This document shows positions 1 to 7,973 of a stretch of 64,000 nucleotides of DNA, piece after piece (positions within the stretch are counted from its first letter, which is position 1; each line of letters opens with the position of its first letter). This stretch comes from Alphaproteobacteria bacterium. GTDB lineage: Bacteria; Pseudomonadota; Alphaproteobacteria; RF32; CAG-239. The notes below the pieces were generated by a model that was not told the DNA's origin, ran no database searches, and saw nothing but the letters and a program-made list of their open reading frames with translations. The stretch spans positions 1,726 to 65,725 of the forward strand of contig SUUV01000002.1 of the NCBI GenBank assembly GCA_015062345.1. Direction: 5' to 3'. A program made the position numbers and the translations under genes.

Positions 1-573
1 GGTCTTGAGCTCGCCGGCAGTAGGAATAAACGGTAATAAAGTAAGATGAACAAACATCACTCTGTCACGTCCCAAATCATAAGCAACCTGACGAATGGCC
101 TCTAAATACGGTTGTCCTTCAATGTCACCTACCGTACCGCCTATTTCACACAAAACAAAATCTTCATCGTCTAAATTTGAAACAATAAAATCTTTAATTT
201 CATTGGTAACATGCGGAATTACCTGAATGGTTGCGCCGTTATATTCACCCCGCTTTTCTTTATCAATCACTCTTTGATAAATCTTGCCGGTGGTAATTGA
301 GTCAAACTTGGTGGCGGATACCCCCGAAAACCTCTCGTAATGGCCTAAATCCAAATCGGCTTCCGTGCCGTCATCGGTGATAAAAACTTCTCCGTGCTGA
401 TATGGACTCATAATTCCGGGATTGACATTTAAATACGGGTCTAATTTTCTTAAACGCACCTTGAAACCGTGCCCTTGCAACACTGCTGCTAAAGAGGCGG
501 AAGCTAAACCTTTTCCCAATGAAGATACAACACCGCCGGTTATAAATATAAATTTTGTCTTTGGATTAATCAT
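1..573 (-). CDS. pyrG: CTP synthase, N-terminal part (runs off window start)
   Basis: Manual translation from ATG at 573: [22 protein letters not shown]...; not in ORF track because truncated; secG-pyrG synteny. Confidence 0.96.
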   Translation of the reverse strand, partial: MINPKTKFIFITGGVVSSLGKGLASASLAAVLQGHGFKVRLRKLDPYLNVNPGIMSPYQHGEVFITDDGTEADLDLGHYERFSGVSATKFDSITTGKIYQRVIDKEKRGEYNGATIQVIPHVTNEIKDFIVSNLDDEDFVLCEIGGTVGDIEGQPYLEAIRQVAYDLGRDRVMFVHLTLLPFIPTAGELKT

Positions 574-610
574 CTTTTTAAAGTCCTTATTTATCTGTTT
601 AAAAGTGAGA

Positions 611-649
611 AAGGCACCTTATGTTTTTTTTAAGGTGCCTATTTTTTTT
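611..649. terminator. Hairpin between secG and pyrG
   Basis: AGGCACCTTA...TAAGGTGCCT inverted repeat; the long T run is on the + side, so termination of secG is less certain. Confidence 0.55.
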
Positions 650-665
650 GTTTGTAACCATATAC

Positions 666-998
666 TTACTCAGCCTGTGGAACGGTCGGTACAACCGGCT
701 CGGCAGGTGCTGCCGGTACATTTTGAGTTGCGGGAGCAACATCTAAAATTGAAGAACTTTTGCGTTCAACACCTTTGTAATATATAGCAAGCGAAATGCT
801 GGTTACAAAGAAAACTGTTGCTAAAATTGCCGTTAAACGAGTTAACAGGTTGCCTGTTCCTCTGGCGCTTAAAAAACTGTTTGCACCCGAACCACCGCCT
901 AAACCGTTTAAGGCACCGCCCGATGACCTTTGCATCAAAATGATGGCAACCAAAAAAATTGCCGTAATTAAATGTATAACTAACAATACCGATCCCAT
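666..998 (-). CDS. secG: Preprotein translocase subunit SecG
   Basis: Two TM helices with ILMQRSSGGALNGLGGG loop; tpiA-secG-pyrG order. Confidence 0.95.
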   Translation of the reverse strand: MGSVLLVIHLITAIFLVAIILMQRSSGGALNGLGGGSGANSFLSARGTGNLLTRLTAILATVFFVTSISLAIYYKGVERKSSSILDVAPATQNVPAAPAEPVVPTVPQAE

Positions 999-1013
999 TT
1001 TATTTTCCTTTTC

Positions 1014-1778
1014 TTATTTTTTACAAACACTTTGAGCAATGCCCATAAAATCGGTTGCTTTTAAGCTGGCACCGCCGATTAATGCTCCGTCAACATCTTC
1101 TAAAGCCAAAAGTTCGGTTGCATTAGAAGGTTTAACTGAGCCACCATACAACAAACGCATTTTATTTGCAACGGATTTTCCTAACTTTTTAGCAACAACT
1201 TTTCTGATGGCAGCATGTGTCTCTTGAACTTCGGCAGCTGTCGGTGTTTTTCCGGTGCCGATTGCCCATACCGGCTCATATGCAATTACGGTGTTGGTTG
1301 CATTTGCAGTTTCCGGAACCGAGCCCATAATCTGATTTGTACAAACCTCAATGGTTTTTCCCGATTCTCTTTCTTCCAAAGTTTCACCGATGCAAATTAC
1401 GGCTTTTAAGCCTGATGCATGCAAACTTGAAGCTTTTTTGCAAATAAGCTCATTGCTTTCACCATGATTTGTTCTTCTTTCGGAATGCCCTACCAAAGCA
1501 TATGTGCAGCCCAAATCTTTAAGCATTAAGGGGCTGATATCACCTGTATGAGCGCCTTTTTCGGCCATATGACAATCTTGCGCACCCAACGCAACCTTGG
1601 AACCGCGCAAAGCTTTTTTAACTCTGTCAAGCAAAGTAAACGGCGGACAAACCAAAAATTCGCATTCGGGTTTTCCGAGTTTTTTAACCTCATTTGCCAC
1701 TTCTTTAGCCAAATTTGTTCCGTCTTCTAAAAGACCGTTCATTTTCCAGTTACCGGCAATTAAAATTTTACGAGCCAT
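1014..1778 (-). CDS. tpiA: Triosephosphate isomerase
   Basis: AGNWKMN, GHSERR, AYEPVWAIGTG, YGGSV motifs. Confidence 0.98.
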   Translation of the reverse strand: MARKILIAGNWKMNGLLEDGTNLAKEVANEVKKLGKPECEFLVCPPFTLLDRVKKALRGSKVALGAQDCHMAEKGAHTGDISPLMLKDLGCTYALVGHSERRTNHGESNELICKKASSLHASGLKAVICIGETLEERESGKTIEVCTNQIMGSVPETANATNTVIAYEPVWAIGTGKTPTAAEVQETHAAIRKVVAKKLGKSVANKMRLLYGGSVKPSNATELLALEDVDGALIGGASLKATDFMGIAQSVCKK

Positions 1779-1942
1779 ATCAAATTCCTTTTAATTAAAA
1801 TTCACTGATAAAATTCTTTAGCACATTGATTTTTATTTTTCCAGTTAAAAAAAGTTTTCAACACCAATATTTTGTAATTGCAATAAATAAATATTAAACT
1901 ATAATGGCACAAAATGTTTTTTATTAATAGTAGGAAAAAAAT

Positions 1943-3826
1943 ATGATAACTAAATTAGCAAAAGCACAAAAAGGTTGGGCTGCAAAGCTCATATTGACCT
2001 TAACCGCACTCAGTTTTATGTCCTTGTTCGGTGTTAGCAGTTATATAAGCAATGCCAACAACAATCGTGCAGTTATAAAAGTGGATAATATTGAAATTTT
2101 GCAATCTCAGTTTGCCTATCAGGCTCAAAACGAACTTGCCCTTGCTTCAAAACTTTTGGGTGAAAATCAAGAGCTTACCGACGAAATGAGAACAGCCATT
2201 GTTTACGGCTTGTCGCAAAAACTCTTAAACGATTCGATTATGGATAGAACTGCCAAAAAGCACAATGTGTTGTTTAGTCCGAATTTTATCCACAACCTTA
2301 TTGTTAATGATGTTACATTTCGTGATGAAAACGGAAACTTCAACCGAGATATGTTCAGAGAGCTTTTATCTCAAAGCGGTTTATCCGAAGCCGAATATGT
2401 AAAAGCCATCAGTCGCAATTTGGCTCGTCGTTTGCTTGTTGATAATCAGGTTTTAAACATCAATGTCCCTCAAGTTTTGCTTGATGCTCAAACAAAAGTT
2501 GATAATAAACGCCGTACATTTAAATATGTAAACATTAAACCTTCGGAGATGAAAATCGACAGGACAATTTCCGAAGAAGAAATCAACCAATATTATGAAG
2601 ATTTTTCTGCCGGATTTATGGAACCCGAACGCAGAGATTTAACGGTTTTGTATGTGCCGATGCAAAACATTTTTGACAATATAAAAATCAGTGATGAGGA
2701 TATTGCTTTTTATTATGAAGACAATAAATCGGACTATGAAACACCGGAGACTCGTCAAGTGTTGCAAATGATGTTTGAAGAAGAACAACTTGCCAATAAA
2801 GCATTTTTTGAGCTCAAACAAGGAAAAGATTTTTACGACATCGCTCAAGAGCTTGCAAACCAAAGCAAAGAAGATACAGACCTTGGCTTTGCTTCCGGTG
2901 ATGAGCTCGTTGCTGAGTTGTCGGAACAAGTTTTTGCTCTTAAAAAAGGTGAGTTTACTAAACCTGTAAAAGTTGGTGATATGTGGCAAATTATGCAAGT
3001 TGCCGACATTAAAGAAGGTTCAAAAACCGATTATGCTCAAGCCAAAGCCGAAATTGAAAAAATCTTAAAAGATGAAAGGCTTTATGATGAAAGCTATGAG
3101 GTTTTGGCCTCCATTGAAGACAAACTCGGTGCCGGAACAGATTTGGAAACCATAGCACAAGAGATGAATGTTAAACTTGCCAAAGTAACAGGTTATGCCG
3201 AAGATAAAACATTTGCAGCAACCACAGGCAAACTTGATGATGTTGTTACAAGTGTTGATTTTGTTGATACTGCGTTTTCTTACGCAGCCGGTGAAACATC
3301 TCAGGTTTTGGAAACCGATAACGGCTTGTTTGCTTTAAGAGTGGATAGCATTAAAGAAACTCACCCCAAAGCCCTTGAAACTGTTCGTTCTGACATTGTG
3401 AAGCTTTGGTCTGACAATGAAAAAACGGCCATAGCTCAAGAAAAATTAAATGACATAATGCACGACTTGGAAAATGGTGATGACTTGTCAGATGTTGGCC
3501 CTCGTTATGGTTTAGATGTGTATAATTCAAGACCGATTACCAGAAATGAGACCTTTGCAAACTTGAATTATGCCGATATCAGAGCCATGTTTGCCGATTC
3601 GCTTAATACACCTCGTCAGATGCAATATGGTGAAGATTATGTTGTTGCCGTTGCTGTTCAAGATTTTGACAATGAGGTTGAATTAAGCATGGAAGAAAAA
3701 GACTTGGTTAAACGCAATGCCGAGCAACAACTCTTAAGCGCATTTGCCGATGCGTTGCTCAAAAGCTATGCCGATGAATATAAAATCAGAGTAAAATATA
3801 AGCTTATGGGCTTAACTGATTTATAA
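1943..3826 (+). CDS. ppiD: Periplasmic folding chaperone PpiD (SurA N-terminal domain plus rotamase)
   Basis: N-terminal TM anchor, 627 aa, PE(R/T)R..L rotamase-like segments; divergent from tpiA as usual in Alphaproteobacteria. Confidence 0.8.
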   Translation: MITKLAKAQKGWAAKLILTLTALSFMSLFGVSSYISNANNNRAVIKVDNIEILQSQFAYQAQNELALASKLLGENQELTDEMRTAIVYGLSQKLLNDSIMDRTAKKHNVLFSPNFIHNLIVNDVTFRDENGNFNRDMFRELLSQSGLSEAEYVKAISRNLARRLLVDNQVLNINVPQVLLDAQTKVDNKRRTFKYVNIKPSEMKIDRTISEEEINQYYEDFSAGFMEPERRDLTVLYVPMQNIFDNIKISDEDIAFYYEDNKSDYETPETRQVLQMMFEEEQLANKAFFELKQGKDFYDIAQELANQSKEDTDLGFASGDELVAELSEQVFALKKGEFTKPVKVGDMWQIMQVADIKEGSKTDYAQAKAEIEKILKDERLYDESYEVLASIEDKLGAGTDLETIAQEMNVKLAKVTGYAEDKTFAATTGKLDDVVTSVDFVDTAFSYAAGETSQVLETDNGLFALRVDSIKETHPKALETVRSDIVKLWSDNEKTAIAQEKLNDIMHDLENGDDLSDVGPRYGLDVYNSRPITRNETFANLNYADIRAMFADSLNTPRQMQYGEDYVVAVAVQDFDNEVELSMEEKDLVKRNAEQQLLSAFADALLKSYADEYKIRVKYKLMGLTDL

Positions 3827-3832
3827 AAACAT

Positions 3833-3858
3833 TAAGCCGCTTTTATTAGCGGCTTTTT
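3833..3858 (+). terminator. Rho-independent terminator after ppiD
   Basis: AAGCCGC-N8-GCGGCTT followed by T run. Confidence 0.7.
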
Positions 3859-3877
3859 ATTTACAAAAGGAAGAAAA

Positions 3878-4786
3878 ATGAAAATAGTATTTATGGGAAC
3901 ACCTGATTTTGCCGTTCCGGTTTTGGAAAGACTTATCAAAGAACACGAGGTTGTTTGTGTTTATACCAAAGAGCCCAAGGTGGCCGGCAGAGGAAACAAA
4001 ATTACAAAAACACCTGTTCATTTGTTGGCAGAAAAATTTGGCATTGAGGTCAGAACACCAAAAACCTTAAAAACGGAAGATGAACAACAAAAGTTTTGCT
4101 CGTTAAAGGCCGATATTTCGGTTGTGGCCGCATACGGCTTAATTTTGCCTAAAGCCGTAATTGAGGCTTTTGATAAAGGGTGTATCAATGTTCATGCTTC
4201 ACTGTTGCCCAAATGGCGAGGAGCGGCGCCGATTCAACGAAGCATTGAATATGGCGATTCTAAAAGCGGTGTAACCATAATGCAAGTTGTTGAAGCCTTA
4301 GATGCCGGCGCAATGTATAAAAAAGGCGAGGTCAAAATTGATGCCGATACAACAGGTGGTGATTTGCATGATAAATTATCGGTTATCGGGGCAGATTTAA
4401 TCAGTGAGGTTTTATCAGATTTTGATAATATTGTTCCCATTGAACAAGACCAAAATTTAGTAACCTATGCCAACAAACTGGATAAAGAAGAAGCAAAAAT
4501 AAATTTTGATATACCGGCCGAAATTTTGGAACGCAAAATCAGAGCCTTTAATCCGTTTCCGGCAATGTTTTTTGAATATGAGGGCGAAAGATTTAAGGTT
4601 TTAAAAGCAACCGTTGAAGATGTAAAAGCTAAAGCAGGACAAATTGTTGAAGGTCACAAAGCCTTAATCATCGGCTGTCAGGATAGAGCCATAAGTGTAA
4701 AACAAATTCAGCGCCAAGGCAAAAAAGCAATGCAAATTGAGGAACTTTTGCGAGGCTTTAACTTTGAAAAAGACACAGTTTTATAG
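3878..4786 (+). CDS. fmt: Methionyl-tRNA formyltransferase
   Basis: MKIVFMGTPDFA, INVHASLLPKWRGAAPIQ. Confidence 0.97.
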   Translation: MKIVFMGTPDFAVPVLERLIKEHEVVCVYTKEPKVAGRGNKITKTPVHLLAEKFGIEVRTPKTLKTEDEQQKFCSLKADISVVAAYGLILPKAVIEAFDKGCINVHASLLPKWRGAAPIQRSIEYGDSKSGVTIMQVVEALDAGAMYKKGEVKIDADTTGGDLHDKLSVIGADLISEVLSDFDNIVPIEQDQNLVTYANKLDKEEAKINFDIPAEILERKIRAFNPFPAMFFEYEGERFKVLKATVEDVKAKAGQIVEGHKALIIGCQDRAISVKQIQRQGKKAMQIEELLRGFNFEKDTVL

Positions 4787-4935
4787 TAAATAAGTTTTAA
4801 GTGGGTTGTAAAGTTAAAAGTTAGGGCTATATCATAGGTGTTCAATGATGATATGAAAAGTCAAGCAGATTTTGAATTTCAGAATTGAGCCGAAAATGTT
4901 CCTTTGGCAAAAGTTGATATCAGTTGCAAAAGGTC

Positions 4936-4965
4936 AAAAAAGAGGGGTTGCTACCCCTCTTTTTT
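4936..4965. terminator. Bidirectional terminator between fmt and family copy 1
   Basis: A run, AGAGGGG-N6-CCCCTCT, T run. Confidence 0.8.
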
Positions 4966-4977
4966 ATAGTTTTCATA

Positions 4978-5451
4978 CTATTCAATATAGAAAACTTCAA
5001 ATGATTTTGTGTAATGACCTGCTGGCATGCCTGCAGGTATAGTTACATCTGCCCTGATTAACAATCTAACACCATCCATGCCTGTTTGTTGCATATCTAA
5101 TGCTACATCAATCGTATTATCTTTATTCCCCAAAGTGATAGTATCTTCCATATATACTTTTGATAAATCAATTTCGGAGGTAAGACCAAAATTACATTCA
5201 CTAGCATCTGCCCCATCAACTCTTACAACAGAACCGCCCAAGTTATATGCTTGATCAATACTAACACTAAAAGTACCATCTTCTTCAGAAGCTGAATCAA
5301 GGTAAATAGTACCTAATTCAAGTGAAGAACAAGTAATATTATTAACATATTTAATATCTGCATTAACCTCAACTGTACCATAACTGTTTTCAGCATTTGC
5401 TGATGTTGCAGCCATTAAAGCAACTGCGCTTAAAAGAAAATATTTTCTCAT
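4978..5451 (-). CDS. Secreted DUF4402-like/pilin-like protein, family copy 1
   Basis: MRKYFLLSAVAL signal peptide, C..L.LGTIY, second Cys, C-terminal TIPAG.PAGHYTKSF; paralogous to 8 other loci in the window. Confidence 0.8.
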   Translation of the reverse strand: MRKYFLLSAVALMAATSANAENSYGTVEVNADIKYVNNITCSSLELGTIYLDSASEEDGTFSVSIDQAYNLGGSVVRVDGADASECNFGLTSEIDLSKVYMEDTITLGNKDNTIDVALDMQQTGMDGVRLLIRADVTIPAGMPAGHYTKSFEVFYIE

Positions 5452-5485
5452 ATTATTTAATCCTTAAAAATAGTTAAACTTAATT

Positions 5486-5586
5486 TGAAAGGTGCAAAAA
5501 TTTACCTTTCACATCGCATCATAAACCGTTTTTTTTTTTTGCAAGTAAAAAGAGTCTAAATGTGGATTTAAATCAAAAATGGTGTA
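5486..5586 (-). promoter_or_regulatory. Conserved family promoter module, copy 1 (A12)
   Basis: Coding strand: TACACCATTTTTGATTTAAAT..GACTC-7bp-TTGCAA-A10-CGGTT-TATGAT, then TGAAAGGT...ACCTTTCA hairpin; T12 at 5529-5540. Confidence 0.8.
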
Positions 5587-5606
5587 GAGGTGTCTCTCTC
5601 ATCACC

Positions 5607-6000
5607 GCCATACCGGTGCCCGAACTTTAGTTCGGAATAGACACCGGTATCTAAGGGAATAATTTAGCTATATAATTTAACCTGGACTCCGGCATCAAGT
5701 GCCGGAGTGACAGTTAGGAGGCGCTTGCAAAGTATGAGGATAAAAAACAAATATTTTTTAAAATTAATGTAGTGCATATTCACCTCACGGTCATACCGGT
5801 GCCCAAGCTTTAGCTTGGAATAGACACCGGTATCCAGGGGAATAATTTAGCTATATAATTTAACCTGGACTCCGGCATCAAGTGCCGGAGTGACAGTTAG
5901 GAGGTGGACTTCAGCATCAAGTGCCGGAGTGACAGTTAGGGGCGGTTTCAAAGTATGAGGATACAAAACAAAAATCTTGTGTTTTTTACTAATTCGAAGA
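5607..6000. repeat. RPE/REP-like nested palindrome array A (2 units plus a half unit)
   Basis: GTCATACCGGTG...CACCGGTATC(C/T)A(G/A)G...CCTGGACTCCGGCATCAAGTGCCGGAGTGAC units about 183 bp apart. Confidence 0.9.
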
Positions 6001-6056
6001 TCGCTTGACCTCACATTTTTAATGTGAGGAGCGATGACTGTTATATTATTTTAATT

Positions 6057-6350
6057 TTACAAATCCTGAATATCTTTGATACTGATAATCAGCCGTTTAT
6101 TAAACCTCAAACAGATTTTACACAAACTGTCCAGATGCATTTCGCCTTTGCCGATAAGCCATCGTTTGAGTGTCAGCTCAGACACATTTGCCATTTCGGC
6201 CAGTTTTTCCAAGCTGATTTTTTCTTCGATACTGATACGGCAGATTTGTCTTGCCACACTTTGGATTAATTTTTTGCGATAATTTCTTCTGATACTTAAA
6301 TTTTGTGAATATTCTTTTTCAAAATATTCGGTTGGTTTAGTTTTTTCCAT
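6057..6350 (-). CDS. XRE/Cro-like helix-turn-helix regulator
   Basis: KISLEKLAEMANVSELTLKRWLIGKGEMHLDSL fits the XRE HTH pattern; AGGAG RBS upstream. Confidence 0.7.
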   Translation of the reverse strand: MEKTKPTEYFEKEYSQNLSIRRNYRKKLIQSVARQICRISIEEKISLEKLAEMANVSELTLKRWLIGKGEMHLDSLCKICLRFNKRLIISIKDIQDL

Positions 6351-6380
6351 ATTTTTAGCTCCTGTTTTTTTTTAAGTTAA

Positions 6381-6540
6381 CAAAAACCGCCTTGAAAAGA
6401 ATCAAAGCGGGGAGCTACAAAACTGTTAAAGCGCAGTCTTCCTTATTCGAGCAAAAATGCCTTATATCGGAAACTCCCCTTAACAAGGAGTTTTGCTTTA
6501 ATGATGTTTTGTAGACACCATCGCCGTTTGGCAACGATGT
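6381..6540 (-). ncRNA. Candidate structured leader or sRNA upstream of the HTH gene
   Basis: Several nested inverted repeats (CTACAAAAC/GTTTTGTAG, TTAAAGC/GCTTTAA, AAACTCC/GGAGTTT), ending in a hairpin plus U run; TTGCAA-16-TAATAT promoter just upstream. Confidence 0.4.
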
Positions 6541-6680
6541 TATATTAAATGTTTTATCAAATTTTGCAAGCATAAATTGCAGGTGGATATTTAAATCAAA
6601 AATGGTGTAACGGGACACTTAAAAAACATCGATTCTCATATTATATCTTAGCATATTTCAATCGGTTTAAGTGAGGGCAT

Positions 6681-7058
6681 ATGTCAAATTTAGGAAAAAT
6701 ATTTATTTATGAAAAAACTCCCGAACAGCTTGAAAAATATAGACATCATTTTGAGACCAACGGTTTTTTTACATTCGGCACCGATAATTTATATTTTCTC
6801 ACTCAATATGCCAAAGAGATAAATCCGGATATTATCATTATAAATTTACCCTTATCAATAAAACTAAGCAATGAGGCATTTATTGAGCTTGAAGAAAAAC
6901 TTTGTCAGGCAAAATCTTGTCCTCAAATTTATATCAATTATCAATTGCCGTATCGACACAAACCGCAATTTCATTATTGGAACTTTGACACACAAGATTT
7001 AAATTATGAACAAATTTTGCAGATTATAAACGATTCTAACAAAAAATATCTGAATTAA
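6681..7058 (+). CDS. Degenerate (pseudo-)receiver-domain protein
   Basis: KIFIYE...GFFTF...PDIIIINLP follows the REC fold pattern, with Asn at the phospho-Asp position. Confidence 0.5.
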   Translation: MSNLGKIFIYEKTPEQLEKYRHHFETNGFFTFGTDNLYFLTQYAKEINPDIIIINLPLSIKLSNEAFIELEEKLCQAKSCPQIYINYQLPYRHKPQFHYWNFDTQDLNYEQILQIINDSNKKYLN

Positions 7059-7065
7059 AAAAATA

Positions 7066-7096
7066 AAATCTCCGGTTTAAGCACCACCGGAGATTT
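7066..7096. terminator. Hairpin between the receiver-like gene and rpmJ
   Basis: AAATCTCCGGT...ACCGGAGATTT inverted repeat at a convergent junction. Confidence 0.7.
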
Positions 7097-7120
7097 GAAA
7101 AATCTTACAAACAGTTCAGA

Positions 7121-7246
7121 TTAACCCTGACGACATTTCAATTTAGGGTTCTTTTTGTTAATTACATAAACACGACCCTTACGGCGAACAATCTGACAGT
7201 CTTTATCACGAACTTTTTTAGATCTTAAAGAGCTATAGCATTTCAT
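7121..7246 (-). CDS. rpmJ: 50S ribosomal protein L36 (type B, Zn-ribbon-less)
   Basis: Manual translation: [41 protein letters not shown] (41 aa); below the ORF track cutoff. Confidence 0.95.
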   Translation of the reverse strand: MKCYSSLRSKKVRDKDCQIVRRKGRVYVINKKNPKLKCRQG

Positions 7247-7408
7247 TTTCTCATTCCTTTACAAATTAGTTGAGCGCAACTTATGATAATTTAAACCAAT
7301 TGTCAACCTAAATTTTGTGTTTATCTGATTTTTTTTAATATTAGTTGCTTTTTTACTTCTTGTGTGTATAATGTGCCAATGCAAGTTATGTGTTTATGCG
7401 GAGATGAT

Positions 7409-7942
7409 ATGAAAAAAACGATTTTGATTTTGTTTACTTTTTTTATGTATATAAATAGTGCAAATGCACAAAAAATCAGCTACATTGAAGAAATGCAAGC
7501 TCTAGGCGCCGTTGCCGGACAAGGTCTTGCTTGCGATGCTTCAAAATATGACACCTATGAAATGCTGGCAAGAGCCATTCTTATATCTAAAGCAAAATCC
7601 GATATTGACCAGCTTACCGGTATGAATGCTTATAATGAGTATAAAGTAAATGCTTTTATATCCAAAATTCAGGACGGCTTTTACAATTGTCGCTCAATTG
7701 CTGCAGATTTTGACAAGCAACAAATTTTCAAAATGGTTTTATACGGTGACGGTACAATCAAAATGCCTGACGGCACAATTGTAACCCCTCGCAATGCTTA
7801 TGACCCCACACTTGTTTATCAAAAAGAAGAAAATGCCAAACAAAAATATATGGATATGTACTATAAACAAGTGCAAAAATCACAAAATGATCCCGCATTC
7901 AAAAGAGCTTTGCGTGAACATCAATTAAGAGAAGGTTTTTAA
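7409..7942 (+). CDS. Secreted hypothetical protein
   Basis: GGAG RBS then MKKTILILFTFFMYINSANA signal peptide. Confidence 0.75.
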   Translation: MKKTILILFTFFMYINSANAQKISYIEEMQALGAVAGQGLACDASKYDTYEMLARAILISKAKSDIDQLTGMNAYNEYKVNAFISKIQDGFYNCRSIAADFDKQQIFKMVLYGDGTIKMPDGTIVTPRNAYDPTLVYQKEENAKQKYMDMYYKQVQKSQNDPAFKRALREHQLREGF

Positions 7943-7973
7943 TTTTAATTTATTTTTTTAGGAGTATTTGCTG

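Noticed and set aside
5566-5586. Distal motif as a dif/Xer site or CtrA box
   Set aside because: It does not fit the 11-6-11 XerC/XerD arm consensus or TTAA-N7-TTAA.
6415-6618. 67-aa ORF upstream of the HTH gene
   Set aside because: It spans the promoter, the distal motif and the inverted repeats; a non-coding structured leader explains the sequence better.
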